A DNA stretch of 64,000 nucleotides from Lama guanicoe (taxonomy: Eukaryota), in the NCBI GenBank assembly GCA_013239625.1, contig MU053561.1, forward strand, positions 746,826 through 810,825, written 5' to 3'. Under the pieces are notes generated by a model that saw only the letters and a program-made list of their open reading frames with translations, had not been told where the DNA came from and did not search any database. Positions within the stretch are counted from its first letter, which is position 1. Each line of letters begins with the position of its first letter. The translations under genes were made by a program, and so were the position numbers. Positions 11,848 to 24,650 of the stretch are shown piece after piece.

Positions 11848-12768
11848 GTATAATAAGCTCCCCAGTCTGCGGTATTTTGTTACAGCAGCCGGAACAGGCC
11901 TGTAAAGGTGGTGGGCTGGACTCCGACTCTGCAGACCCCTCATCACCCACCACGATCCCCTGCAGCAGATAGTGGGTGGTTTGGCCTCCCCAACAGGAGT
12001 GCGGCACCCTGAGCTCAGGGGTGCCGAGCCGCCCCACACTCACCAGCTCCTAGTAGCTACAAGGGAAATCTTACCAATTTCAACTCAGAAGGGGTGAGAC
12101 AGTTTAATCAGTAATCTGAATGTGAGAATATACTTTAATGCAGATTTTATTGCTACCAAATAAGACACTTAAAAGAAAAACTAACACAGCACCATACATT
12201 AATGGAGAACATTGAAAATGAACACACACTTATGTGAATGTAAATGGAGCTACCGAAGTGCTAAAAACACAGTAGGCAAAATATTCCCCTTACAAGCCCA
12301 TTAACATGCCACATGTCAGTAACAGAATCTCTCCTGCCTCTCCAGTATCTGGTTGCTTGCCTCCGTTTCGTTTTGAGCTTTGTCACATCTCGCGACTCCC
12401 GCTGCCTCTCCTCTTCTGCCTCCCAGGACCTTTACTTTCTATGTCAAACAGTCCTAGGTCCCCACAACATACCTCGGTTTTCAACGCTTCGCATTCACAC
12501 ATACTATTGCCTCTCATTTAATTGTGTTTCCTCCCTTGCCCACCTGAAGAATTCTAGTTATTCTATCAAAACTCAACATGCCGTAAAGCTCTCCCTAAAT
12601 AGGTCATGGTTATAAACAAACATTCAGGAAACAGAAAATGTGAGTTCCTCATAAAGATATAAATATAGTCACTCTTGTTTGGAATTGAAGAAAATCAAAC
12701 TTAATAATGAAATACGAAAGATTAAAAATGATAACAAAAATATGGCAAAGTAGACATCCTCATTAATT

Positions 12769-12917
12769 TCTAGGATTGATCATGTACTTGGGCACAAAAG
12801 AAGCCTCAACAATTTTAAGAAGATAGAAATTATCTCAAGCATCTTTACTGACCACAATGCCATGAAACTAGAAATCAACTACAGAGAAACAAAGGAGAAA
12901 AAAAGGAAAGCAAGGAG
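12769..12917 (+). mobile_element. Isolated L1 ORF2 endonuclease-domain fragment
   Basis: Translates without stop or frameshift as SRIDHVLGHKRSLNNFKKIEIISSIFTDHNAMKLEINYRETKEKKRKA, containing the L1 EN motifs RIDH and (S/T)DHN. Confidence 0.92.
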
Positions 12918-13261
12918 AATTTCCGATGACTTTTTAAAAAAGCCAATTGGAAATATATGTCAAAAGCCTTAAGATGGAAATATATATCAAAAGTCTTAAG
13001 AATATTACATTGGCTGAGGGCCAGATTTGGACCATGGACCCTAGTTTGCTGAACTCTGGTCAAAATATGTAAATTCTACCCCAGAAGTGAGAAGTGAAGT
13101 CAGTTCCCTAAACCACGTAGGTCCTCAAATAGAAACAAAGATCACTGGAAAAAGAAATGTGAAAAATTGGGGCCTGAGGGATAATCAATTAAATATACAG
13201 TACGCAGGGGGAATATTCATCTATTTTTCCCAAATTGTGTCTCAAATTCTTCAGGGTTGGG

Positions 13262-13770
13262 TTTTTTTTTTTTTGCATTTAAAACATTGGGCTAAATATA
13301 TACACCATAAAATTTACCATTTTAAGCACTCTTAAATATACAATTCAGTGGCATTAAGCACATTCACAACGTTGTGCAACCATCACCACTGTCTATTTCC
13401 AGAATTTTTCACCTCAAACAGAAGCTTTGTAACTATTAAACAGTAATTTACCACTCCCAATCCCTCAACCACCAGCCCTTGGTAACTTCTTTTATATTTT
13501 ACGTCCCTCTGAATTTGTTTATTCTAGGTACCTCATGTGAGTCAAATCATACAATACTTTCTGTGTGTCTGGCTGATTTTACTTAGCACAATGTTTTCAA
13601 AGTTCATTCATGTTCGAGCATGTATCAGAATTTCATTCCTTTTTATGGCTGAATACTATTCCATTGTTTAGCCACCATTTTGCTTATCCATGCATCTATT
13701 GGTGGCTATTTGGGTTGTTTCTAAAATTTGGCTATTGTGAACAATGCTGCCATAAACATCAGTATAAAAT
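13262..13770 (-). mobile_element. L1MB-like 3' end
   Basis: ccataaaatttaccattttaag...tacaattcagtggcattaagcacattcac...gtatcagaatttcattcctttttatggctgaata. Confidence 0.85.
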
Positions 13771-15169
13771 TTTTCAAGTTGAAATCCACAAGCATGGATA
13801 TGTCCCATAATCAAATATCACACTCCATATCACCTTTCTTAGTACTTTGTGATACATATTAATGTTAAATTCTCCACAAAATCTGTAATTTAAAAAAAAA
13901 GCACCAACAATGCTAACTATATTAAACTAAGAGGATTCTTAACTGATCTGACCATAAGTTCATTTAATAAAAAAAATAGAACATCTCTATACTGTGTATC
14001 CTATTGACTATAATTAGGGACAAATAGGCCTGTTTTAGACAAATGTTGGATGCAAACAAAATTGTAAACATATTACAAATTTAGCTATGTAAAACAAAAT
14101 TTATATGTAAATATATTAAAAAAAAGGGAGTTCACCAAAGGATTTAGTTAGCTTATGAGTTTAGTTAGATTATGAGTAATTTCTGTGCTTTTGTATTTGT
14201 CTAAATTACTTACTTACTTAAAGAGTCATGTATAACTTTTGTAATTAAAAAAATCTGAGTTCATAAAAATATAAACCTATCATTCTGTTACTAAACTATA
14301 GGCAAAATAAAGAAAAGAAATGGAATAGCTCAGGGAGCAAGGGGTGAATGAAACAGATTGCCCCCATTGAGTATATTCACTTCCACTTTCCAACCTTTGC
14401 TTTATCTCTGTACCATGCATGACTGTGTTTCCTTTTAGTTATTGATTATTTATCCTGCTTATAGAATGCTGTATACTCAGACCAGGCCCCTCCATTACTG
14501 CACCTGGGATGAAAGCTGTTCCCTAGAATAACAAATCGGAGCTAAAATTTGGTGAGTAGACCTCTTAGAATACATTGGTCCATGCAGGGAAAGGGGCAGT
14601 GGAATTGTCACATTGTTTGATGTTAAGACAGTCACTTATTTGCTGCACATCTTATGACTTTAAAAATTAGGTCTAAGAACTAGTGATTATGGCTTCATGT
14701 GTACATGGATTGCTTTAGACCTGCATTTTCTTTGCCTTAGAAAAATTTTATCCACCACAAGTGAACTTCATTTCCCTTTTAGAGAAAGGAGGAACCAGGG
14801 ATGGCTTCTGTACCCTGGCATGCAAGTTGGCGGTCCACAGTCTCAGGAAGGGCCATGGGTCATGGCCAAGGATGTCACCCCAAGGATGAGACAAGAAGCT
14901 GAATGTGAGTTGTCCTGCTCTTAGAAACTTCCTGGGAATTTCATTAAGGCATTTTTCATGAGATGTCCAAGTTCAAGGTTTAGGAATGTTTTAGTACATG
15001 GAAACACAGAGCTGCACTCAGTGATAGAAAATACTGCATTGACAAATCTACCTACCAAACACTTCTGTGCCTGTAGATGCACCCTACGCTGATTGATATG
15101 CCATCTCCTGACACATTTCTTCAGACTTTTGCTGCCAGGAGGATCTCGGGTTGGATGGATCTAGGATTG

Positions 15170-15660
15170 GATCCAGCTCAGCATTTCCTTAAACCAGGAA
15201 AATAACCCCAGCTGTTAAATGGCTCTGAGCATGTGATTTAATCTTCTTGAACCTGGGTCTTTTTCTGCCCTCTATTGTATGGGCTGAGGAATGCCCTCAG
15301 GCAGAAAGCGTATAAAGGCAATTATTCTCCAGAAAAATTCCTGTCTTGAAAGGACTGATTGCTTTCCTTGTCTGCTTCTGGTCACTATCCTTTAAGGAGT
15401 TTTTTCTTCTTCTGAATTTATCATTGTTTTCTACAGAAAAGTTTATTTAATATAAGCTACTCTAAAATTACTGGAGTAGAACTAAGGGGAAGGTTTCAAA
15501 TTACAGAATACTTTTTTTTTTAAAGGTACAGGACTATTTAGATTTCCTATCTTTTCTCATCCCTGATTTGATAAATTATGTTACTCAAGGAACTTAAATT
15601 GAAAATTTGAATTTATTGGCATAAAGTTGTTTATATCTTTTATGATGTATTCTTTTAAAT
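15170..15660 (-). mobile_element. Old L1 (L1M/L1ME-type) fragments
   Basis: Degenerate antisense L1 motifs (aatttattggcataaagttgttt; taagctactct...tactggagtagaa). Confidence 0.5.
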
Positions 15661-15767
15661 ATTTTGAATTTATATGAAACTGAGTAGGAAATTGCAGAAA
15701 TTGAGAAAATTGCAGAATATTGCCCAAATTTAAATCCAAAAATTCTTTTAAAAATAGTATCTGTGCA

Positions 15768-16278
15768 ACTAGATAAAGGAGTTGTGGTATATTTATACAA
15801 TGGAATACTACTCAGCCATAAAAAAGAATTAAAATAATGTGATTTGTAGCAACATGGATGGACCTGGAGATTGTCATTCTAAGTAAAGTAATCCAGAAAG
15901 AGAAAGAAAAATACCATGATATCACTCATATGTGCAATCTAAGAAAAAAAACACAAATGAACTTATTTACAAAACAGAAACAGACATAGAAAACAAACTT
16001 ATGGTTACCAGTGGGGAGAGTAGGTGAGAAGGGATAAACTGAGAGTTTGAGACTTGCAGATAATAACTACTATATATAAAATAGATAAACAAGAAGTTTC
16101 TACTATATCGCACAGGGAACTATAGTCAATATCTTGTAATAAGCTATAATGAAAAAGAATATGAAAAGGAATATATGTATGTTTATGTATGACTGAAACA
16201 TTATGCTGTATACCAGAAATTGATACAACATTGTAAACTGACTATACTTTAAAAATAAACTAAAATAAAAATAAAAAA
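15768..16278 (+). mobile_element. L1 3' end, 5' truncated (lineage-specific)
   Basis: gataaaggagttgtggtatatttatacaatggaatactactcagccataaaaaagaa through to A-rich tail. Confidence 0.92.
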
Positions 16279-17027
16279 AGTCTGTGACATTCATATTTTT
16301 ATATTATCCATTTGACTTCAACTTTGTAAAATTCAAATGACAAAAATTTCAAATTATAGATTTATAAAAGTTATAAATTATAAAAGTTTTAGCTATTTAA
16401 AATTTCTTATTTTTCAAAATACAGTTGAATTGCTCCCTTCATAAATTATATATCCTGAAAGTTGCCTAGGCCTTGTACTTTTCTCTTTAGTAATAAAAAA
16501 AAAAGTGCCTTTCAAAATGGCACTATTGTTTAATTATAAATGAACTAGAGTACATTACCTAAAAGGTAGCTTTCTTATGAAATCTAGATTCCAGTTTTTT
16601 TAGCCAAAAGGAAAAATAGCAAAAAGATGTTGATTTTAAATCAAATAAATTTTTAAAAGCCTAGTTCTGTGAATTTTTATTCTCAAGTTACGATCCATCG
16701 TAACCTCATCTGGGAAGTAAACTTCACTTGATACTCAGTAAGAGAAAGTTTTTATGCACTTCTCAGGTATCTTTTGTTCATTCCCCTGTCATTACCCATA
16801 ATTCAGTTATCACAATGCATCCTTAATTCATTATTGGAAACTTATACTTAGTTTTCTACACTTAAAATAACCTCATGTTTTCTTTTCCATTCAGCAAATA
16901 TCAATTTCACCATTCTGTTTTCTATAAAGGGGTGAGGTCAAACAGGAAGAATGAGGTTAGATCTGTGTCTTCTTCAGTCTAATGAAAAAACTGCTTTACT
17001 TTGTCACAAAGGACATTACCCTGTTTT

Positions 17028-19100
17028 CTTTTTTTTTAAAGTCAGTTTATTGAAGAGAATTTGCATGTAGTAAAATCCACTCTTTTTAGGTGCAATAAAT
17101 TTTGACAAACTCATACAATCAGTAGCCACCACCACAATCAAGATACAGAACACTTTTCTCAACCTAAAATTCCCTCATGCTGCCTTATTGTCAAATCCCT
17201 CCCTACATTTCCAGTCTACAAAAAATCAATAATCTATTTTCATCCCTATAAGTTTGCCTCTTCCAGAATGTCATGCAAATGCAGTCATGCAGTATATAGC
17301 ACTCTGAGCCTAGCTTTTTTCACTGACCATAATGCATTTGAGATTTATTCATGTTGTTGCATGTATCAATAGTTCATTCTGTTACTGCCGAGTAATATTC
17401 CGTTGTATGGATGTCCCACTACATTTTGTGTATTCACTCACTAGTTGATGCATATTTGAATAATTTCCAGTTTTTGACAATCACAGAGAAAGCCGCTGTA
17501 AATATCTGTGTATATGTTTGTGCACATATAGTTTCATTTCTCTTGGGTAAATATCTAGGACTGGGATTGCTGAGTCATATAGTAATTGCATGTTTTGTTT
17601 TATAAAAAAACTGCCAGGCTGTTTTCCAAATGAGCTGTACAATTTGCATTCCCATCGGCAATGTATGAGAGTTCCATTGTTCTGCATTCTTGCCAGCAGC
17701 TTTTCTAATAGGTGGTATCTGACTGTTGTTTAAGTTGGCATTTCCCTAATTACTATTGTTGAGTACCTTTCTGTTTGCTTTTTGCCATCTGTCCACTGTC
17801 TTTGATAAAGTGTTTGCTCAAATGTTTTGCTCAGTTTTAAATTGCATTACTTGTTTTCTTATTCTTGGGTTGTAAGGATCTTTCATATATTACAAATACG
17901 TATTTTGAAAGTACTTCCCCCTAGTCTATGTCCTGTATTTACATTTTCTTGAAAGTGTCATTTAAATATGATAAAGCTTTAATTTTGATAAAGTCCGGTG
18001 TATCAATTTTTTCATTTACAAGTTGTGCTTTTTGTATCTTAACAAATCTCTGACCCAAGATCAGAGAGATTTTCTCCTATGCTTTCCTCTAGAATTTTAA
18101 AACTTTTTGGCTTTACATTTAGGTCTGTGATCCATTTTCCAGTTAAGTTTTGTATATAGTTTATTGCATGAGTCAAGATACATTTTGTTTTATACACTGT
18201 TTCAGCATCATTTGCTGAAAAGACAATTCTTTCACCACTGAATTGCCTTGGCCTATTTCTGGATCCTTCGCTGATTTTTACGCATTTCATTTCACTAATA
18301 CCCCATTCTTTTGATTAAAGTAGTTGCTTAGTAAGTCTCGAAAACACGTAGTGTGAGTCCTCTAACTTTTTCTCCTCAAACAAAATTGCTTTGACTATTT
18401 TAGTTCCTTTGATTTTTTTTCTCATAAATTTCAGAATCAGCTTATGGAGTTCTGCTAAAAACCTGCTAGAATTTTGATTGGAATTGCATTGACTCGGTAG
18501 ATCAATTTAGAGAAAAACTGACACCTTAACAATATTGTCTTCCAATTAATGAACCACAATATATCTTTCCATTTGTTTTAAGTAGTTTGTTTCTCTCATA
18601 ATACTTTTAGGCTTTCAACATACAAATCTTGAACATATTTCATTAGATTTTTCCCTATGTATTTCAAGTTTCTATGCACTCTACAAAGGAAATCATGTTA
18701 TCTGTGATTAGAGACAGTTTTGTTTTTTTTTTTAAATTTGTGTACCTTTTATTTCTGTTTCTTGCCTTAATGCACTGATAAGGATTTTCAGTATGATGCT
18801 GAATCAAAGTGGTGAGAGTCAGCATATTCACCTTGCTTCTGATGTAAGTATTAGCACTCAGTCTCTATCATTAAGCATGCTTTTAGCTGTAGGTTTTCCA
18901 TAGATGACCTTTATTAACTTGAGGAAATTACCTGTAATTCCTGGTTTGCTTAGGTTTTCATCACAAACAGTTGTTGAATTTTGTCAAATGATCTTTCTGC
19001 ATCTAGTGAATGATCATATGGTTTTTTCCCTTTAATCTGCTACTATGATAAATTACATTGAGTGATTTTCAAATATTGAACAATATTGCATTCCAAAGGC
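17028..19100 (-). mobile_element. Old L1 (L1MC/MD-like) 3' UTR and ORF2 3' portion, about 2 kb
   Basis: Continuous antisense L1 motifs; minus ORFs 17481-17687 and 18039-18290 give ORF2-like peptides (GTLIHCRWECK, KWITDLNVKPK). Confidence 0.9.
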
Positions 19101-19129
19101 AGACCCTATCAATGCAAACAAAAAATACA

Positions 19130-19540
19130 GCAGCAAGTTATAAGCTTTGTGCTGGAAGAGTGGACAGGTTGGAAGCCACAAAGGAAAAAGTAGACAGTTC
19201 CATAGGAGAAGGGGTAGTTCAGATGAGACTCTGTATTAGTCTGTTGGCAAGGTGCACAGAGATGAGGATGGGAGAACTGGCTATTCAGGTCTGAAGGTCA
19301 CAGGCCTGAACCCACCTAGTGTTTTCAGACAAACTGCAGAGATGTTGGTGCCCCTGGAACATGAGTATGAGGTGTCATAGGAGAGGAGGCTGAGGGGGTA
19401 GGAAAGAGTCCTCACAAGGAGGCCTTTGTTGCATGATTAAAGAGTTTGGATTCCATCTTGTGGAGTATACTAAGCCATTAAAACATCTTAGTCAGGAGGA
19501 CAGTAGGATCACATACATGTTTTAGGAAAATCCTGTGTTC
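19130..19540 (-). mobile_element. L2 fragment
   Basis: aagagtttggattccatctt...aagccattaaaacatcttagtcaggagg...gatcacatacatgttttaggaaaatc. Confidence 0.6.
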
Positions 19541-20339
19541 CTTCCCATATGTTCTTGAGGCCTGTCAGGGTCCCTCCCCAAGGAGACAGTCTGATGGGGA
19601 TAAGAAGCAGGGTCAACAGAGAAGAAACGTGGTCTTCAGAACCATCTGGTCTAAAATTAGACTACAGTCATCTATTGTGCACTGCACTGAGCCTCTTTTC
19701 ATGCCAGATACGGTCTGGGGACCAGATCTGTTTGGAAATGGTTTGGGTGAGAAACTGGTTTTCTTTTCCAAAGACGATTTGGATTTCAAGAGGAAAATCA
19801 CAACACCAGAATTCCAGGCAAAGGGGCATTACTGTCCTGTCAGCCTGCACAAAAATTAATGCTGCAAAATAACCATAATTAAGTCTTCCTGACGGCATAA
19901 CTGGGAAGTGGGTGGAGGCCATAGGTTGCTGGGAATAAACTGAAAAGTGTTATCACATACTGTTGTTATACTGCATGGAAACTAGAAAGACAAGAATGAA
20001 GAGTGAATTCATTCTCCTTTCTGGAAGCAGGACTGAGCGGTACAGGCAAGTTCTCTGGCGCTCTGAAATGAACAAAATGATGAAAAGTGGGGAGCTGCGT
20101 GTAACAGCACAGGAAACACGTGTCTCTCCACCAGCTTTGCTTTTCTTCCCAGAACAAGAAGGTGCTCAGCCAGCGCTGGGACCACTGACATGACATTTAG
20201 AATGTGGCAGTGCCTGCCTAATCCACTTGACCTACATTATCTGTAACATGATAGTTCATTAAATCTAAGAGGCACCTCCCTGCAGTCTTTGCAGATGCAG
20301 CCCCACCTGTCCTACATTCTGCAGAGGTTTCCTGCCCTG

Positions 20340-20540
20340 ATGGCAGTGTGCAGTGCATTGGGAAGCAAGAGACTTAGGACACCTGGTTTCAGGTCATATC
20401 TCTACTACTTATTAGCTTGAAATGAAGCCTGTTTCTTCAACTATAAAGTGGAAATAATGGCCCTTATCAACACTGTAATTACTAATAAGTTAATAAAGGT
20501 AAGAATTCTTTGTTAAGGGTTATCCAGATGTTAATTAATA
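20340..20540 (+). mobile_element. MIR
   Basis: Core gcctgtttcttcaactataaagtggaaataat. Confidence 0.6.
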
Positions 20541-20571
20541 ATAATACTGAACAATGAGGGTCGACAGTATC

Positions 20572-20866
20572 TAGAGCTAACCTGTTGACTACCTTAGCCA
20601 TGAGCCACAGATGGCTGAATGAGCCAGTCTGAACTGAGACAAGCTGCTAGAGGTGGTACCGAAAAAGAAAAAAATCTCATTAATAATTTTTACATAACTT
20701 ATATATAAAATTATACTTTAGAGATATGGGGTTATATAAAATATAATTAAAATTAATCTCATGTTTCTTTTCACTTATTTTAATGTAGCTACTAGAAAGT
20801 TTAAAAGTATCAGTGTGGCTTGCATTTGGGGCTTGTATTATTTTTCTCATGGGCAGTACTGAACTA
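20572..20866. mobile_element. hAT-Charlie MITE (MER33/MER3-like)
   Basis: agccatgagccacagatggct...ttttaatgtagctactagaaagtttaaaa...gtggcttgcatt...tgggcagtactg. Confidence 0.7.
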
Positions 20867-21149
20867 GGGTGTTTCCTGTCCATGAAACAAGTGATATGGA
20901 ATGCGGGGATTCTGAGAATCACCTTTCAAAGTCAAGTCAGGATATATGCGATGAATTTATCTATCTCACGAGCTCATCCACTTTTAAAATTCATTTCACT
21001 GATGTGTGTTCAGCATCTACTCTGTGCCAAGGACTGGATACAGCACAGTCCGTGCCCTTTAGGAGCTCACACTGTAACCATGAATGAGGATGGGAGAGCT
21101 CCTATGCAGCCTACAGCACTTCGTGGTCATCAAGAATGTGTTTGCTTCT

Positions 21150-21790
21150 CCTGCCACACTGTTGGTGGGAATGTAAATTGCTGCAGCCACTGTGGAAAAC
21201 AGTATGGAGGTTTCTCAAAACACTAAAAAAGAACTACCATATAACTCAGCAATTCCAATCCTAGATATATAGCTGAAAAATAACAAAAACACTAATTCAA
21301 AAAGATACATGCACCCCAATGTTCACAGCAGCATTATGTACAATAGCCAAGACATGGAAACAACCTAAGTGTCCATCAAGAGATGAATAGATAAAGAAGA
21401 TGTGGTAGATATATATAATGGAATACTACTCAGCCATAAAAAAGAACAAAGCTTTGCCATTTGCAGCAACATGGATGGACCTGGAGGGCATTATGCTAAA
21501 TGAAATATATCAAAGACAAATACTGTATGATATCACTTATATGTGGAATCTAAAAAATACAACAATCTAGTGAATAAAACAAAAAGCAGCAGACTCACAG
21601 ATACAGAGAACAAACTAGTGGTTACCAGTGGGGGTAAGGGGAGGGGCAGAGGAGTAGGAGGTACAAACTATTGGGTGTAAGATAAGCTACAAGACTGTGT
21701 TGTTCAACATGGGGAATATAGCCAATATTTTGTAATAACTGTAAATGGAAAGTAACATTTAAAATTGTATAAAAATTTAAAAATTAATCA
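21150..21790 (+). mobile_element. L1 3' end, 5' truncated
   Basis: cactgttggtgggaatgtaaattg...aaaagatacatgcaccccaatgttcacagcagca; degenerate TSD aagaatgtgtttgcttct / aaaaatgcatttggttct. Confidence 0.92.
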
Positions 21791-21965
21791 AAAAATGCAT
21801 TTGGTTCTGACTCAGTATTGCCCAAATATTATCTTCAAGGTAAGAGGAAACAAGGTGATACTAGGAAATCTATCTTGTTCTGAATGTTCTTCTTGCTACA
21901 GCCAGGCGGCCTTTGAGTGTATGAATGTTTTGCATGTGGACCTGAATGAAGGGTAGGCTTTCAAA

Positions 21966-22215
21966 AGGCTCTGTTAGCTGAGTCTGTAAGGATGCAGTGC
22001 TTAAGGGGCCAAGGTCATAGGTTTGTTCCCTCTACGGGTCACTTCACTTTGCTCTGATCCATGCCTCAGACTTGCCCTGGCAAACCCCAGCCAGCCGCCT
22101 TGTAAATATCTTTGAATCACTTGGGGGACAGGGTAAGAGCATGTGAAGGGAGCAGGGTAAATCTCTCAGCACTGCTGGAGCCACAGCTGAAAACATTCTT
22201 GACCAACAGTGAGGA
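21966..22215 (+). mobile_element. MamSINE1-like ancient tRNA-derived SINE
   Basis: tRNA-like head gttagctgagt...gtgcttaaggggccaaggtcataggtttgttccc, followed by body motifs tttgctctgatccatg, aaccccagccagccg, gggggacaggg. Confidence 0.65.
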
Positions 22216-22971
22216 CTCTTGGGAGGAGAGCCCATGGAGCTCAGCGGATCACTTTGCACAGTGCACTCTATTAAAACCATCTTTCCCTTGCACATCTCTA
22301 CCTGAAGTCATTGACCAGGGCGGAGCTCCTGGACACCATAGCTCCTGGACACAGCAGAACACATGCAGCATTCACTGGAAATTCAGTTTTTTTCTAAAGA
22401 TGATGTTGCCAACAAGCAGCTAGGGTCTTCATGTCTGACTGACAGAGACTGTTTAGACTTGGAAACATGGACACCTATTTCTTGAGTGACCTGTCTGCTG
22501 GTAATATTTACATCCACATTCACACAGAAAGATGGTATGTTTTAATTCCAGGCTAAGATTCAGCCCCATACACCTCACGGAAGCACTGCTGACAGAAAGG
22601 CTGGTCTGGGATCTCCAGCTACACAAATAAATACTGGAGCAGGGCCTAACAGGAAGACCCTCACCTCCCAATTTTTTCCAGATGGCAGTGATGGATGGCT
22701 GTGTGTTTATGTTTACTTGGTTTCCCAGGTGACCGGTGTCCTGGTTTCTACTGGTCATGGCTTGATGAGCTTTCTTCGAAGACGAGAGCTGCCTACCCCA
22801 ACGGTCCAGCTCTCGGATCACAGGTCTACACCACACTCAATGACTTCAAGAGGTCATTGTGTTTCTTGATGTCTAGTTAACTCTTTAGTCACCCCTGCTG
22901 TTAGGAGCCTCTCCTTGTAAATTCCCAGAACTCGCACAACAAGATTCGAATCTAAAACCACGTAAGAAAAC

Positions 22972-23476
22972 TGTAGTAGGCAAAATAATGGCCCCTCAAA
23001 GATTTCCATGTCTTAATCCTCAGGACCTGTGAATATGGTCTGCTTCATGGCAAAGCAGGATGAAGACTGCAGATTGAATTAAGGTTGCAAATCACTTGAC
23101 TTTAAAATGGGGAGACTATCTGGGATTATTCAGGTGGGTCGTGTACTCAGAAGTCTTCTTAAAAGTGGAAGTGAGAGGCAGGAGAGAAGATTAGAGCCAC
23201 ATGATGTGAAGACCAGTGAGGAAGACTTCCTCACTGCTGAAGGAAGGGGCCAAAGACTTCCTCACTGCTGGAGGAAGGGGCCTGGAAAAGGCAAGGAAAG
23301 AATTCACTCCGATAGTCTCCAGAAAAAGCTCAGACCAGCTGACACCTTAATCTTAGCCTGGTGAGTCCCCTGCTGAACTTGTTACCTACAGAACTGTAAG
23401 CTAATAAATTTGTATTGTTTTAAGCCACTACGTTTATGGCAGTGTGGTACAGCAGCAATAATAGACAGCTAATACA
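22972..23476 (+). mobile_element. MaLR LTR (MLT1D-like)
   Basis: tgtagtaggcaaaataatggcccc...aataaatttgtattgttttaagccact...ctaataca; TG...CA. Confidence 0.88.
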
Positions 23477-23684
23477 GACCTAGATGGGATGAACACTGGC
23501 TTGGCCTCCAAACTCTGCTTGATATGAGCAGTACTCCCTCCTTCAGCCCAGTGTAACCTAAGAATGCAGTCTTCCCTGGGCGTGTAGAGGCTGGTGCACA
23601 CACAGTGCTCCCACAAAGTTTGGGAAAGTGAAGGAGGATATAACCCTAATCACCAAGTCCTTTTGATTCCTTGTGAGGAGGGAG

Positions 23685-23890
23685 AAAGAGCATGGGCTTT
23701 GGGATACAGCCGACCTTGGTTCAGGTCCCGGCTCTGCCATTTAATGCTCCTGTGACCTTGAGGGGGTCAGCCTCTCTGTTGTTCAATTTCTTGACGGGGA
23801 ATCACACCCTAATAAAGGGTACATGTAAAGAGTAAATGAAAACAAGTATGTATCTCAGGGCCTGGGGGCAATGCAGAAATTCAGTAAATC
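23685..23890 (+). mobile_element. MIR
   Basis: ggttcaggtcccggctctgccatt...tgtgaccttg. Confidence 0.7.
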
Positions 23891-23959
23891 GTGTCCTCTT
23901 CTATCCTCTTCATAATTATTTCTCAGATCTCTCCTGTCCTGTCTAATTCTGTGGCCCTG

Positions 23960-24650
23960 GACTGCATTTAGTTTCTTAATATCTCTTGCCAGGGCTGTTT
24001 CAACAGCTCCAGAAGGACCAACTGCAGACTTCACTCCTCTTCAGCAGCCCTCTAGAATTTTTTTTTTTCTAAAACACAGATTTTCTAGAATGGGACAGCT
24101 CTCCTGCTGTCAATCCTCCTGTAGCTCCCTGTGCCTATAGATTGCAAAGTGTGAAGTCATTTGAATGGCTTGTGTGCCTCCCTCAGAGCTTCAGCTCCAC
24201 TCCCTTCGGTATGACAGCCCTCTAGCCTAGCTCCTCTTCTCATCACACTTTGACTCATTTCTGTGCCTTTGTAGCTTAGTTGCTGTTTTCTATCTCTGGA
24301 GTGCCAGCCCCTCTCCTTCACCTAGAGAGCTCCTTTTATCTTTTGAGGGCTGTTTCAAATGTTGCCACATTTGCAAAGCCTTTTCTGATTCCACTAAGAA
24401 TGCCTCCAAGAAAGCCTCCACACCACACTCTACTACAGAGCACTCTGCACACTACAGACTCATCAGAGGGCATTTGGATCATCTGTTTAATATGCCTGCC
24501 TTCCCCTCCATCTTTGAGTCCTTTGATGACAGAGCCAGTGCGTTTTGCACCTTTGTTCTCAGAGCTTAGACAATTTGCTTTGCATATAACATATATCCAG
24601 TATAAAATATGCCCAATATTTTTTATGAGTATGGATGAATGAATGAATGA
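23960..24650 (+). mobile_element. L2 3' portion
   Basis: Pyrimidine-rich L2 motifs ending ggatgaatgaatgaatgaa. Confidence 0.65.

Larger units (their letters stand above)
10747..11900 (+). mobile_element. MaLR LTR (MLT1A-like), split into about 10747-11040 and 11850-11900
   Basis: aatgtttgtgtc...gggattaatgccttat...ctagaactgtgagagata, resuming taagctcccagtctgcggtattttgttacagcagcc. Confidence 0.8.

Noticed and set aside
17411..18290. ORFs with L1-like peptides (also 58882-59498 and 21150-21226)
   Set aside because: They are decayed L1 ORF2 or 3' UTR remnants, not host genes.
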